A stretch of 64,000 bases of DNA from an uncultured Verrucomicrobiota bacterium (GTDB lineage Bacteria > Verrucomicrobiota > Verrucomicrobiia > Limisphaerales > CAYMCQ01). Below, one piece after another: positions 1 through 8,247 of the stretch; the first letter of the stretch is position 1; each line of letters opens with the position of its first letter. The DNA lies in the NCBI GenBank assembly GCA_964389025.1, contig CAYMCQ010000002.1, positions 29,867 to 93,866 of the forward strand, in the 5' to 3' direction. Below the pieces are notes generated by a model, which was not told the DNA's origin, did no database searches, and saw only the letters and a program-made list of their open reading frames with translations. The translations under genes were made by a program, and so were the position numbers.

Positions 1-744
1 CTCGAATCGCAGGGCTGCGACGTGACTTACATTTCGAATCTTGATACACACACGGACCCGCGCGGATTGCGTCGCGCGAAAGGTTTTCTCTCCGTCGGCC
101 ACGACGAATATTATTCCATCGAGATGTTCAATCATCTCAAAGCCGCGATTGCCGGCGGCCTGAATGTCGGCTTCTTTTCCGGCAACACTTGCTGCGGAAA
201 AATCAATCCGCGACCAGGTTCAACCGGAGTTCCGAATCGAATTTTTGGACGCGTCGGTATGTTTGGCCCGCCGGGCGGAACACGCGAATTCGTGGCCATG
301 GAATCCCTGCCGCACGAACGCCCTTACGCCAACGAACTCATCGGCGCTCACAGCACCGGGCCGGTGACCGGCGGCGCGGACTGGATTTGCGCCGCGCCCG
401 ACCACTGGATTTTCGAAGGCACAGGAATGAAGGCGGGCGACGGCATTCCCGGACTCGTCGGCTGGGAATGGCACGGCGATCCGGCGAAGATTCCCGGCCT
501 AGAAATTGTCGCGAGCGGCCCCACGCAAGACGCGCCCGGCAAACCGAACGGCGGCATTTACACCGCCACGGTTTATCCCGGCCCAAAAGGAAACTTTGTT
601 TTCAACGCCGCGACTTGCTGGTGGGCCGACGGACTTTCCGAACCGCCCGGTTACGTCCGCCCGAAAGTCTATACCGAACCGCGTGGCGTGGATCCACGTG
701 CGCAACAAACCACGCGCAATGTTTTGAAGAGGATGGCGGCTTGA
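1..744 (+). CDS. C-terminal part of a N,N-dimethylformamidase beta-subunit-like (DUF6605-type) protein, 5' partial
   Basis: Frame 1 is open from base 1 (LESQGCDVTYISN). The motifs 'FLSVGHDEYYS', 'GLVGWEW' and 'VFNAATCWW' resemble this family. Confidence 0.6.
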   Translation, partial: LESQGCDVTYISNLDTHTDPRGLRRAKGFLSVGHDEYYSIEMFNHLKAAIAGGLNVGFFSGNTCCGKINPRPGSTGVPNRIFGRVGMFGPPGGTREFVAMESLPHERPYANELIGAHSTGPVTGGADWICAAPDHWIFEGTGMKAGDGIPGLVGWEWHGDPAKIPGLEIVASGPTQDAPGKPNGGIYTATVYPGPKGNFVFNAATCWWADGLSEPPGYVRPKVYTEPRGVDPRAQQTTRNVLKRMAA

Positions 745-817
745 CGACCGGTCTGGTTAGATCGTGTCAGCCGATCAACTGTGCCTGCCCAAACTGGTGT
801 TCCAGTAAACCGCACCG

Positions 818-1060
818 TTAGAACACACCTGGCCGAAAAGGGTCGGTGTTTGAAGGATACGGCGGGCGGTAATCAGGGTTGTATTGCCTCCAACGCCACT
901 CAGATTCCTGGCTGGGAGTCATGCAGCCGGAGAGCAGCAAGCACGCACCCATCCCCATCACGAACAAGGACAGAGTCCTCTCGCGTCGGCTGAAAAGTTT
1001 TGTTTTCACTATACGCATGATACCGTAAAAGGACTCGCGTAGCTCGTCCTGTCCATTCAT
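818..1060 (-). CDS. small hypothetical protein, possible lipoprotein
   Basis: Contains the lipobox-like 'CLLLSGC' followed by a short Pro-rich tail. The start codon is uncertain. Confidence 0.3.
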   Translation of the reverse strand: MNGQDELRESFYGIMRIVKTKLFSRRERTLSLFVMGMGACLLLSGCMTPSQESEWRWRQYNPDYRPPYPSNTDPFRPGVF

Positions 1061-1070
1061 GAGGTAGGTT

Positions 1071-2672
1071 TTATTTCTGCTGGTCTTGCAGTTGATCGTG
1101 GTCGTCCAGTTCCGTTCGCAAGCGGGCGATGTCGGCTTTTAATTTTTTCGCCGCGTCGGCGTAGCTCTTGTCGGCGTAGACGTTTTTCAATTCGTGCGGG
1201 TCGCGTTTCAAGTCGAACAACTCCCATTGGTTGATTCGATTGAAATAAATCAGCTTGTAGCGATGGTCACGCACGCCGTAGTGCGGTTGCACGCGGTGGT
1301 CGGCGGGATAATGGTAGTAGCGGTAATACATTTCCGTGCGCCAATCCTTCGGGGTCTTGCCGCGCAACAACGGAACGAAGCTGCGGCCTTGAACTTCCTT
1401 CGGTGCGGTCAGCCCGGCGTATTCCAATAATGTCGGCGCGAAGTCCACGTTGAGAATCATTCCGTCGTTCACCGTGCCGGGTTTGATGTGGCCGGGATAA
1501 CGGATCAGGAACGGCATTCGTAGCGATTCCTCATACATGAACCGTTTGTCGAACCAATCGTGGTCGCCGAGAAAAAATCCCTGGTCAGACGTGTAGACGA
1601 CGATGGTATTTTCGCGCAGCCCGTTCTTGTCGAGGTAATCGAGCAGGCGACCGACATTGTCGTCCACCGACGCGATGCAACCGAGATAATCCTGCATGTA
1701 ACGCTGATATTTCCACTTCTTCAACGCCTGTCCGGTGAGGATTTTCTTTTTTCCGTTCACCATGACCTCCATCTCCGTGTCCACGCCGCTTTTCCATTTC
1801 TGCAACTCCTCGCCTTTCAGTCCTGCAGGCGGCTCCACTTTCAAATCGTTGCGGGTCAGATTGCGGTCAATGCGCATCGTCGCTTCGCGCGCGGCGTCGG
1901 AACGAGTGGCGTAATCACTGTCGTTATCGTTGAACGTTGCCGGTTCGGGAATTGTTTTGCCGTCGAACATGCGCAGATGCTTTTCATCCGGCTCCCACGG
2001 GCGATGCGGGGCTTTGTGATGGACGCAAACGAGAAACGGCTTTGCCTTGTCTCGCTTCTCGATGAATTGAATCGCAAAGTCCGTGATCAAATCAGTGACG
2101 TAGCCGGAAATTTTATTCGTCTTGCCCCGCTCGTAGAAAACCGGATTGTGATAAATCCCTTGTCCCGGCAAAATGTTCCAGTAATCAAATCCGGTCGGCT
2201 CACTCTGCAAATGCCACTTGCCAATCATCGCTGTCTGATATCCGGCCTTCTGTAAATCTTTAGGGTAAGTCCATTGCGCACCGTCGAAACGGTTGAATAC
2301 AGTGACGCCGTTGATGTGGCTGTATTTGCCGGTGAAAATCGCCGCGCGGCTAGGCGTGCAAATGGAATTCACAACGAAACAATTTTTGAAACGCATCCCT
2401 TCCTTCGCGAGGCGGTCAATGTTCGGCGTCTTGTTGACCTTGCTGCCGTAGGCGCTGATGGCGTGCGCGGCGTGGTCGTCCGACATGATGAAAACGATGT
2501 TGGGCGTGGGCTGACGCGATTCAGCAATTGAAGTTAGAGTGCCGGCGAGAATAGCCGCAACCGTCGCAGCCGCCGCGATTTGAAAAAACTGACGGTGAGC
2601 GCGGTTTGTCATGGCAAAAGCGGAAATTACAAGGCAGAGCGCAGCCAGACCAGCAGAAGTTTCAAGTTTCAA
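1071..2672 (-). CDS. sulfatase (arylsulfatase family)
   Basis: 'PNIVFIMSDDH', the formylglycine motif CTPSR ('SICTPSRAAIFTGKY'), 'GKWHL', 'YTSDQGFFLGDH' and 'KRFMYEESLRMP'. The true start may lie downstream of the first ATG. Confidence 0.93.
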   Translation of the reverse strand: MKLETSAGLAALCLVISAFAMTNRAHRQFFQIAAAATVAAILAGTLTSIAESRQPTPNIVFIMSDDHAAHAISAYGSKVNKTPNIDRLAKEGMRFKNCFVVNSICTPSRAAIFTGKYSHINGVTVFNRFDGAQWTYPKDLQKAGYQTAMIGKWHLQSEPTGFDYWNILPGQGIYHNPVFYERGKTNKISGYVTDLITDFAIQFIEKRDKAKPFLVCVHHKAPHRPWEPDEKHLRMFDGKTIPEPATFNDNDSDYATRSDAAREATMRIDRNLTRNDLKVEPPAGLKGEELQKWKSGVDTEMEVMVNGKKKILTGQALKKWKYQRYMQDYLGCIASVDDNVGRLLDYLDKNGLRENTIVVYTSDQGFFLGDHDWFDKRFMYEESLRMPFLIRYPGHIKPGTVNDGMILNVDFAPTLLEYAGLTAPKEVQGRSFVPLLRGKTPKDWRTEMYYRYYHYPADHRVQPHYGVRDHRYKLIYFNRINQWELFDLKRDPHELKNVYADKSYADAAKKLKADIARLRTELDDHDQLQDQQK

Positions 2673-2726
2673 CGTTCGACAAGCGCGGAATTTTCTGAAA
2701 CTATTTTCGGTGCGCTCTGCAAACTT

Positions 2727-4970
2727 ATGCTCAAGCTGAGATTTACGATTTACGATTTACGATGGACGCGCGCGCAAAAAGTCATTTGTCTCTCTTTGCT
2801 TCTGGCGGACTTTAATTCACAAGCTCAAACACTCAACGTCCCTTCACGTCCAACCAACGCTCCGACCGGCAGCCAGTTCGTCAAAATCATCACGCCGATG
2901 GGAACGCCGCCGACGCCAGAGCGTGAGAACTGGATTCTCGCGCAAATTCAAAGCGGCAACGTGCCGAATTTTCTGCGCACACTCAAACCCATCACCGTCA
3001 GCCAGACCATCAACGGCACAAATCACACTGCGACGTATTACGTGACGCCCGACTACATGGCGATTGGGACTGACGAAGATTATTTCCTCGAACCGATGAC
3101 GCCGCTGTTGGCGCAGCGCGTCGCGAACCAGCTCGGCTGCACGCTGCCGACGCGCAAAATGGTGAACCAAATCTGGACGAACGCCGCCGTGAAGATGAAT
3201 CCGCAGCCGATCCCGCCCAGCGCCGAGATGATCACCGTGCCGGTCTTCTACGATCACAACACAATGGTTCGCACGCAGCGCAACACGTTCACAAATTCGT
3301 TTCCACTCGGCGCGCTGGTCAGCGGCGACAAGAAGGATGTGATCATCTCGACAAAAATTTACACGAACTTTTCCACCGCCGTCACGAAGCCCGTCGTGAT
3401 TTACGGCTGGCATTACACGAGCGGCTCGCCGATCCAACCGCTCTACAACGGCCACGAAGAAACTTACGCCGATTACAGCCACGGAGTCCGCCTTGTGCAG
3501 ATGAGCATGACGGTGGACGGCAGCGCGGACACGGTGACGAACGTTCTCGCCAATCCAAATCTCGCCAGACTTTTGAGTGACGAGGGCACAAGCGAGGGAA
3601 CTTCGACGAACGGCGAGATCGTGAAGCCGCGCTACACACTTTATTCGATGGCGCCTGTGGTCATCACGCATCCGTTTAGCCGAAACGTTTACACCGGCGC
3701 AAATGTTGATTTCAAAACTCTGGCCGTCGGCGACCAGCCGCTGGCATACCAATGGAAATTCAACGGGACAAATGTTTCCGGCGCGACGACTGCAACCTTG
3801 ATCATCACGAACGCGCAATCCACTGACGCAGGCAGCTACAACGTCATCATCACGAACCATTCCGGCTCCGTCACGAGCCGGCCAGCGGTTTTGAAAGTCA
3901 GCAGCGTGTCGTATCAACAGTCTTTCACTGACAATTTCAGCACCGACAGCTCGACCAACTGGAGTTTTTTTTTCGACGCAGCGAACGGAGTGGCAGACTA
4001 CACGGCGAACTGGGCGTTTGATTACGGCGCGATTCCGTTCAAGTTCAATGGCGTGACCGCGCTGATTCCACCCGCGCCGAACTCGACCGACGCCAGCACG
4101 CGCGGCGTGAAGTTCACGGTGAACGGCAACGACACGAACGGCTCGACCGCCGCTGTGAACATTTATCCGAAGAACCAATATTTCGGTGGCAACTACATTT
4201 TCAAGGCCGATATGTGGCTGAATTATCCCGGCGACGCGGGCGGCATCAACGCGACCGGCAGCACGCAGCACGCGATTTTCGGAATCAACCACGCCGGGAC
4301 GCGACCGAACTGGGCCGCAACTTCGGCGACGGCGACGGACGGAATTTATTTTGCCTGCGACGGCGAGGGCGGCACGTCACGGGATTTCCGCGCCTACGTT
4401 GGAAATTTTTCCGGCACGCAAACCGAATTGATCGGCTACGCCGCCGGCGGTTTGAGTGAATCCAACAACGCCGCGACAATTTACCAGAATCTTTTTCCGG
4501 CGTCGCGGTTCGAAACCTCGGGCGCGCCGGGAAAAAATTGGATCGCCGTTGAAATCGCCCAGACAAACGACGTCGTCTTCTGGAAACTGGACGACGCCAT
4601 CATCGCGCAGCGGACGAACGCAAGCAACTTCACGAACGGCACGATCATGCTCGGCTTGATGGATGTTTTCAGTTCGATTGCGAATCCCGTTGAAGATTCC
4701 TTTGTGATTTTCGACAACGTCCGCGTCGAAGTGCTCGCGCCCGCCGCGCCCGCCAAGTTCAACGCCATCACTCGCCGTAGTGACGGGGCGATGGAATTGG
4801 TTTGCGACGCTGCCTCGGGTTTTTCCTACGCCTTGGAAGCTTCGACAAACTTGACGCTCTCCGCGTGGAATCAAATTCTCGTCCTGCAGGGCAGCGACGC
4901 GCCCGTTTCGATCACGGACACAAACGCGACGAATGATAGCCAGCGTTACTACCGGACACGGCGGCTTTAG
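2727..4970 (+). CDS. secreted multidomain protein: uncharacterised N-terminal domain + Ig-like domain + lectin/LamG-like domain + C-terminal tail
   Basis: Probable ATG at 2727 with a signal-like segment. Ig motif 'PVVITHP...PLAYQWKFNG...DAGSYNVII'; tail 'YALEASTNL...W...RYYR'. Confidence 0.7.
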   Translation: MLKLRFTIYDLRWTRAQKVICLSLLLADFNSQAQTLNVPSRPTNAPTGSQFVKIITPMGTPPTPERENWILAQIQSGNVPNFLRTLKPITVSQTINGTNHTATYYVTPDYMAIGTDEDYFLEPMTPLLAQRVANQLGCTLPTRKMVNQIWTNAAVKMNPQPIPPSAEMITVPVFYDHNTMVRTQRNTFTNSFPLGALVSGDKKDVIISTKIYTNFSTAVTKPVVIYGWHYTSGSPIQPLYNGHEETYADYSHGVRLVQMSMTVDGSADTVTNVLANPNLARLLSDEGTSEGTSTNGEIVKPRYTLYSMAPVVITHPFSRNVYTGANVDFKTLAVGDQPLAYQWKFNGTNVSGATTATLIITNAQSTDAGSYNVIITNHSGSVTSRPAVLKVSSVSYQQSFTDNFSTDSSTNWSFFFDAANGVADYTANWAFDYGAIPFKFNGVTALIPPAPNSTDASTRGVKFTVNGNDTNGSTAAVNIYPKNQYFGGNYIFKADMWLNYPGDAGGINATGSTQHAIFGINHAGTRPNWAATSATATDGIYFACDGEGGTSRDFRAYVGNFSGTQTELIGYAAGGLSESNNAATIYQNLFPASRFETSGAPGKNWIAVEIAQTNDVVFWKLDDAIIAQRTNASNFTNGTIMLGLMDVFSSIANPVEDSFVIFDNVRVEVLAPAAPAKFNAITRRSDGAMELVCDAASGFSYALEASTNLTLSAWNQILVLQGSDAPVSITDTNATNDSQRYYRTRRL
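2741..2763 (+). repeat. heptamer tandem repeat (ATTTACG)x3
   Basis: Directly visible as atttacg atttacg atttacg at; it encodes 'FTIYDLR' in the N-terminus of the CDS. Confidence 0.85.
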
Positions 4971-4999
4971 TCACGTTTCTTTCCAGACTGGAAAAGAAA

Positions 5000-5012
5000 T
5001 GGCGGAGAGAGA
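5000..5012 (+). repeat. att core, left copy (TGGCGGAGAGAGA), duplicate of the tRNA-Ser 3' end
   Basis: Identical 13-mer at 48334-48346, which is the reverse complement of the tRNA-Ser 3' end including CCA. Confidence 0.88.
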
Positions 5013-5038
5013 CCTTTACGCACCCCTTTTGCCACCTG

Positions 5039-5269
5039 GTGATCAAGGCCATAAGACCTGATTCGCACCCTTGGATTCTTGACCTTCTCAACAAGCAGTT
5101 TGATCAAGGAATCACAATACGATCAATCGCGAGGAAACTGCATGTGAGCAGACTAACGGTTCAAAATTGGAAGCATGGTCGAGCCAAGCCAACACCCCGA
5201 CTGTGGCCTGTTATCCGAGATAGATTGATAGCAAAAGATTATTTCTCACCTCAGTCCTCTCCACTGTGA
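5039..5269 (+). CDS. XRE/Cro-type HTH domain; in frame with the att core and the predicted C-terminal part of the integrase
   Basis: 'ITIRSIARKLHVSRLTVQNWKHGRAKP'. The frame is open from TGG at 5000 (W-R-R-E-T-F-T-H-P-F-C-H-L-V-I-K...). Confidence 0.75.
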   Translation: MIKAIRPDSHPWILDLLNKQFDQGITIRSIARKLHVSRLTVQNWKHGRAKPTPRLWPVIRDRLIAKDYFSPQSSPL

Positions 5270-5304
5270 AGGCAAACCCTTCAACATCCCCTCACAGTGG
5301 AGAG
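5257..5304. repeat. 16-bp inverted repeat (1 mismatch, 16-bp spacer) between two HTH ORFs
   Basis: CTCTCCACTGTGAAGG (5257-5272) and CCCTCACAGTGGAGAG (5289-5304). Confidence 0.75.
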
Positions 5305-5312
5305 TAGCACTG

Positions 5313-5570
5313 TTGGGTATTGCACACCGTTCAATTTCGAGAAAATACACAGATAAATCAAACAAACAAAAAGACCATAAGACTTTGATACCAACAGTTA
5401 CGACGCTCGGCGACTGGATTCAAGTCAAACGCCACGAGAAGAACCTATCGCCCTGGCACTTGGCTTACAAAATGGGAATTGCATCCGAATTGGTCCAGTC
5501 GTGGGAAGGCGGCACGGAGCAACCCGATGAAAAGCAAAAGCAGATATTGCGCAAAGTTTTAAGCGGCTGA
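5313..5570 (+). CDS. XRE-family HTH protein
   Basis: 'TLGDWIQVKRHEKNLSPWHLAYKMGIASELVQSWEGGTEQP'. Confidence 0.7.
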   Translation: MGIAHRSISRKYTDKSNKQKDHKTLIPTVTTLGDWIQVKRHEKNLSPWHLAYKMGIASELVQSWEGGTEQPDEKQKQILRKVLSG

Positions 5571-5592
5571 AATCATATTCGAACCTCGTTGG

Positions 5593-7269
5593 GTGACTCA
5601 ACGCATCCACCATGTTCGTTTGCCAGCCAGCATTGTCGCAGGCGTGACTCTGAGATACCACCATCCGAGATCTCGGGTGATTGACCTCGGACACGGTCTT
5701 TGCCAGCATGAGTGCGTGAGCAGCCTTCGCAAACATGGTGGGATATTCATCGTGCTTGGGTTGCTCGTTCTGCTGTATTCTCAACTGCCACTTGGCACGG
5801 CACTGGAATTTAGCCCGGATGAGGGGTTTGAGTTGATGAAGGGCTTTCTCTGTAGCAAGGGCTATGGGTTATACACGGATATCTGGAGCGATCAGCCGCC
5901 GGTTTACACTTTATTGCTCCAGTGTGCGTTTCAAACTGCGGGGCCGTCCATTCTGGTTGCCAGACTGGTCGCCGCTGGATTTGGGCTGTTGCTTTTTTCG
6001 ATGTTCTTCGAACTCGTTCGAGAGCGGTCCGGCCAAATCCCAGCCGCGTTTGCGACGTTCTTCCTGATCGCTTCACCGGCTATACTGCTGCTGAGCGTAG
6101 CGGTGATGAAGGAAGTGGCTGCTTTCGGCATGGCGCTACTCTCAGTCTGGCTCTTGTTTCGTTGGACCAAACGACTTCATTGGGGCTGGTTGGTTGCATC
6201 GGGCGTGGTCATGGGGTTGGCAGCGGAAATAAAATTCTCTGCGCTCTTGGTCGTACCAGCGACCCTTGTAGAAATCGCCCTATTTGGCCGGGGTAACAAA
6301 ACCCAATCGCAGGTAGAAACAACCAAGGTCAACACAAGAGCCAAACTTAGCCGCAGTACGAGCGTCTCACATGAACAACATTTGGCTTTCGGGAGGAACG
6401 CGTTGGCTTGGGTTGTCGGTCTTCTGGCGGTTGTAACGATCATGAGTTTGGGGTGGTCGAGAGGTAGCTTCGAGACCTCTTGGAAAGCACATTTCACAGG
6501 GCATCTGATTCCCGGAATGCAAAACAGGGAGGAAATCCGATTTCCTTTGAGCCTGTTACACAATCATGCCGAGTGTGTGCTCGCAGCCATTGTGGGAGTT
6601 GTGGCGATGGTTTGGAAACGGCATTGGCGCGCACTGGCTTTTCCGACCTTGTTATTGCTGACGGCTATAGCAGTTCATTGCGTGCATCGGCCATGGTGGG
6701 GTTATTACTATCTTCATCTAGCCATACCAATGGCTTGGCTCGCGGGTTTTGCTGTAGCAGAAACCATGAAGTTCATCCTCAAATTCCTTTCCGAAAGCCG
6801 CTTCCGCTTCCGACACTCTGCAACTTGGAAAGGGCTTGGCTTGTGCGCCTTGACAGCATTGGCATTAACACGCTCCTTGGGTCGGTTCGAAGCAGAGACG
6901 AAAGCCCTAAGAATGCGACCGAGATTAGACACAAATCCCATAATCAGCAAAATGAAGGATTTTGCAGACCGCACCCGCTGGGTTTATGCCGAGAATGCAA
7001 TCTACCCATTCCACATGCGGCTATCAATGCCACCGGAATTGGCGGTGGTAACGCCCAAGCGATTCTGGTCTGGCCAGATTTCAACCATGCAAATCATTGA
7101 AGCCTGCGAGCGCTATCAGCCTGAAATGATCGTTTTGACGGTGGCCGGCAATCAACGTGAGTGGAACGACTTCCTGCAATCCAAATATGTGGCCTTAAGA
7201 ACGGACAAGAAATTTGTTCTCTATATCGCCAAACGTCTTGACAACGTCTCTGATCTTGAACGGAAGTAA
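5593..7269 (+). CDS. membrane glycosyltransferase, GT-C fold (ArnT/PMT, GT39-like)
   Basis: Multiple TM segments; 'DEG' acidic loop, 'DQPPVY', 'ARLV' and 'IKF' motifs typical of ArnT-like proteins. Confidence 0.75.
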   Translation: MTQRIHHVRLPASIVAGVTLRYHHPRSRVIDLGHGLCQHECVSSLRKHGGIFIVLGLLVLLYSQLPLGTALEFSPDEGFELMKGFLCSKGYGLYTDIWSDQPPVYTLLLQCAFQTAGPSILVARLVAAGFGLLLFSMFFELVRERSGQIPAAFATFFLIASPAILLLSVAVMKEVAAFGMALLSVWLLFRWTKRLHWGWLVASGVVMGLAAEIKFSALLVVPATLVEIALFGRGNKTQSQVETTKVNTRAKLSRSTSVSHEQHLAFGRNALAWVVGLLAVVTIMSLGWSRGSFETSWKAHFTGHLIPGMQNREEIRFPLSLLHNHAECVLAAIVGVVAMVWKRHWRALAFPTLLLLTAIAVHCVHRPWWGYYYLHLAIPMAWLAGFAVAETMKFILKFLSESRFRFRHSATWKGLGLCALTALALTRSLGRFEAETKALRMRPRLDTNPIISKMKDFADRTRWVYAENAIYPFHMRLSMPPELAVVTPKRFWSGQISTMQIIEACERYQPEMIVLTVAGNQREWNDFLQSKYVALRTDKKFVLYIAKRLDNVSDLERK

Positions 7270-7377
7270 ATTCTCACCCACCGACCTTGCGGTTCCTGCT
7301 CTCATGAATTTCAAAACCACTTCCAAACGCGGTTGGTTGCAGCAATCCTTTTCCCAACGACTACCACCTTAAAGCGG

Positions 7378-8247
7378 TCACCGACCTTGTTGCTCCATTG
7401 CCGTCAGTTGTTTCTTCAACGACTCCATCAATGACCGGTCCTCACAATCAATTATAAAACTACCTGTTTCCAACGGAGCTCTGATTTTTGGCGCGGAAAT
7501 GGGTTCGTTGTCCACCGTAATTAAAACCTTCAGAGAAATGTTCGTTTCTGTTATGGCCTTCAGTTTGGCGGCGTCTTCCTCAGTCAGAAAGATACCGAAC
7601 GACCAGTTTGTGCGATTGTGACCTTCTGATAACACTCGTTCCTCTAAGGTCACTTCCTTCAACCTACGAACTGTCAATGATGGAGTTCGACCGATAAAAC
7701 CTAGTTTGGGGAAACGCTCGTTGTCAATGAATCGGAGGTCACCACTAGGATCGTTATGGACAATAAAAAATTGAAGCGTAGAAGAGCCGCCTAGTCTTTT
7801 GTCGACTGCTAGAACGTCTTGTTTCCGTGAGGTATCCGCAGAACCCACGTAGAAGCAACCCCAGTTCGCCAAATGCCCATTGGTAATCCCAACTGCAACT
7901 CCGGCTACATAGGTCCCTTTCATATCGTCGTCAGCAGGAAAGGCCGGTAAGCTGTAATGCCATATTTGCCGAGCCTTGCCCAAGTCTTCTATCCAACGAG
8001 GTTCACCAAAAACTGCAGCAATCTCATTCGTTTTCATACCGGGCAAGAGAATCCGCCGCAGATCAGTCGTGCTTCGTATGAGTTGTTGAGTTCGGACATC
8101 TTCACTACCCCGGCGCGATCCGACTGTATCATTATTCTTGGTGCCGCAACCGAAGAGAGCGACAGTTGAAACGACAGCTCCACAGAAGATTAGACAGACT
8201 GTGGCGAGCGAAATACTGTGCGCCTTACCAGAGGAACATTTTTTCAT
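7378..8247 (-). CDS. lipoprotein, putative RHS immunity protein (SmpA/BamE-like N-terminal motif)
   Basis: Lipobox-like 'VALFGC' and 'LPGMKTNEIAAVFGEP...WHY'. Its start overlaps the RHS stop by 23 nt. Confidence 0.65.
   Translation of the reverse strand: MKKCSSGKAHSISLATVCLIFCGAVVSTVALFGCGTKNNDTVGSRRGSEDVRTQQLIRSTTDLRRILLPGMKTNEIAAVFGEPRWIEDLGKARQIWHYSLPAFPADDDMKGTYVAGVAVGITNGHLANWGCFYVGSADTSRKQDVLAVDKRLGGSSTLQFFIVHNDPSGDLRFIDNERFPKLGFIGRTPSLTVRRLKEVTLEERVLSEGHNRTNWSFGIFLTEEDAAKLKAITETNISLKVLITVDNEPISAPKIRAPLETGSFIIDCEDRSLMESLKKQLTAMEQQGR

Noticed and set aside
909-918. GGCTGGGAG shared with the 3' part of the second recombinase (near 20545), as a possible att partner
   Set aside because: A 9-bp match is near chance level in 64 kb, and it lies outside the island in a small ORF with no tRNA.
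2844-4292. 482-aa antisense ORF and other long shadow ORFs (for example 16210-17178, 50710-52020, 53798-55078, 58029-59354, 61526-62932)
   Set aside because: They overlap well-supported genes on the opposite strand, have no motifs, and are expected in GC-rich coding DNA.
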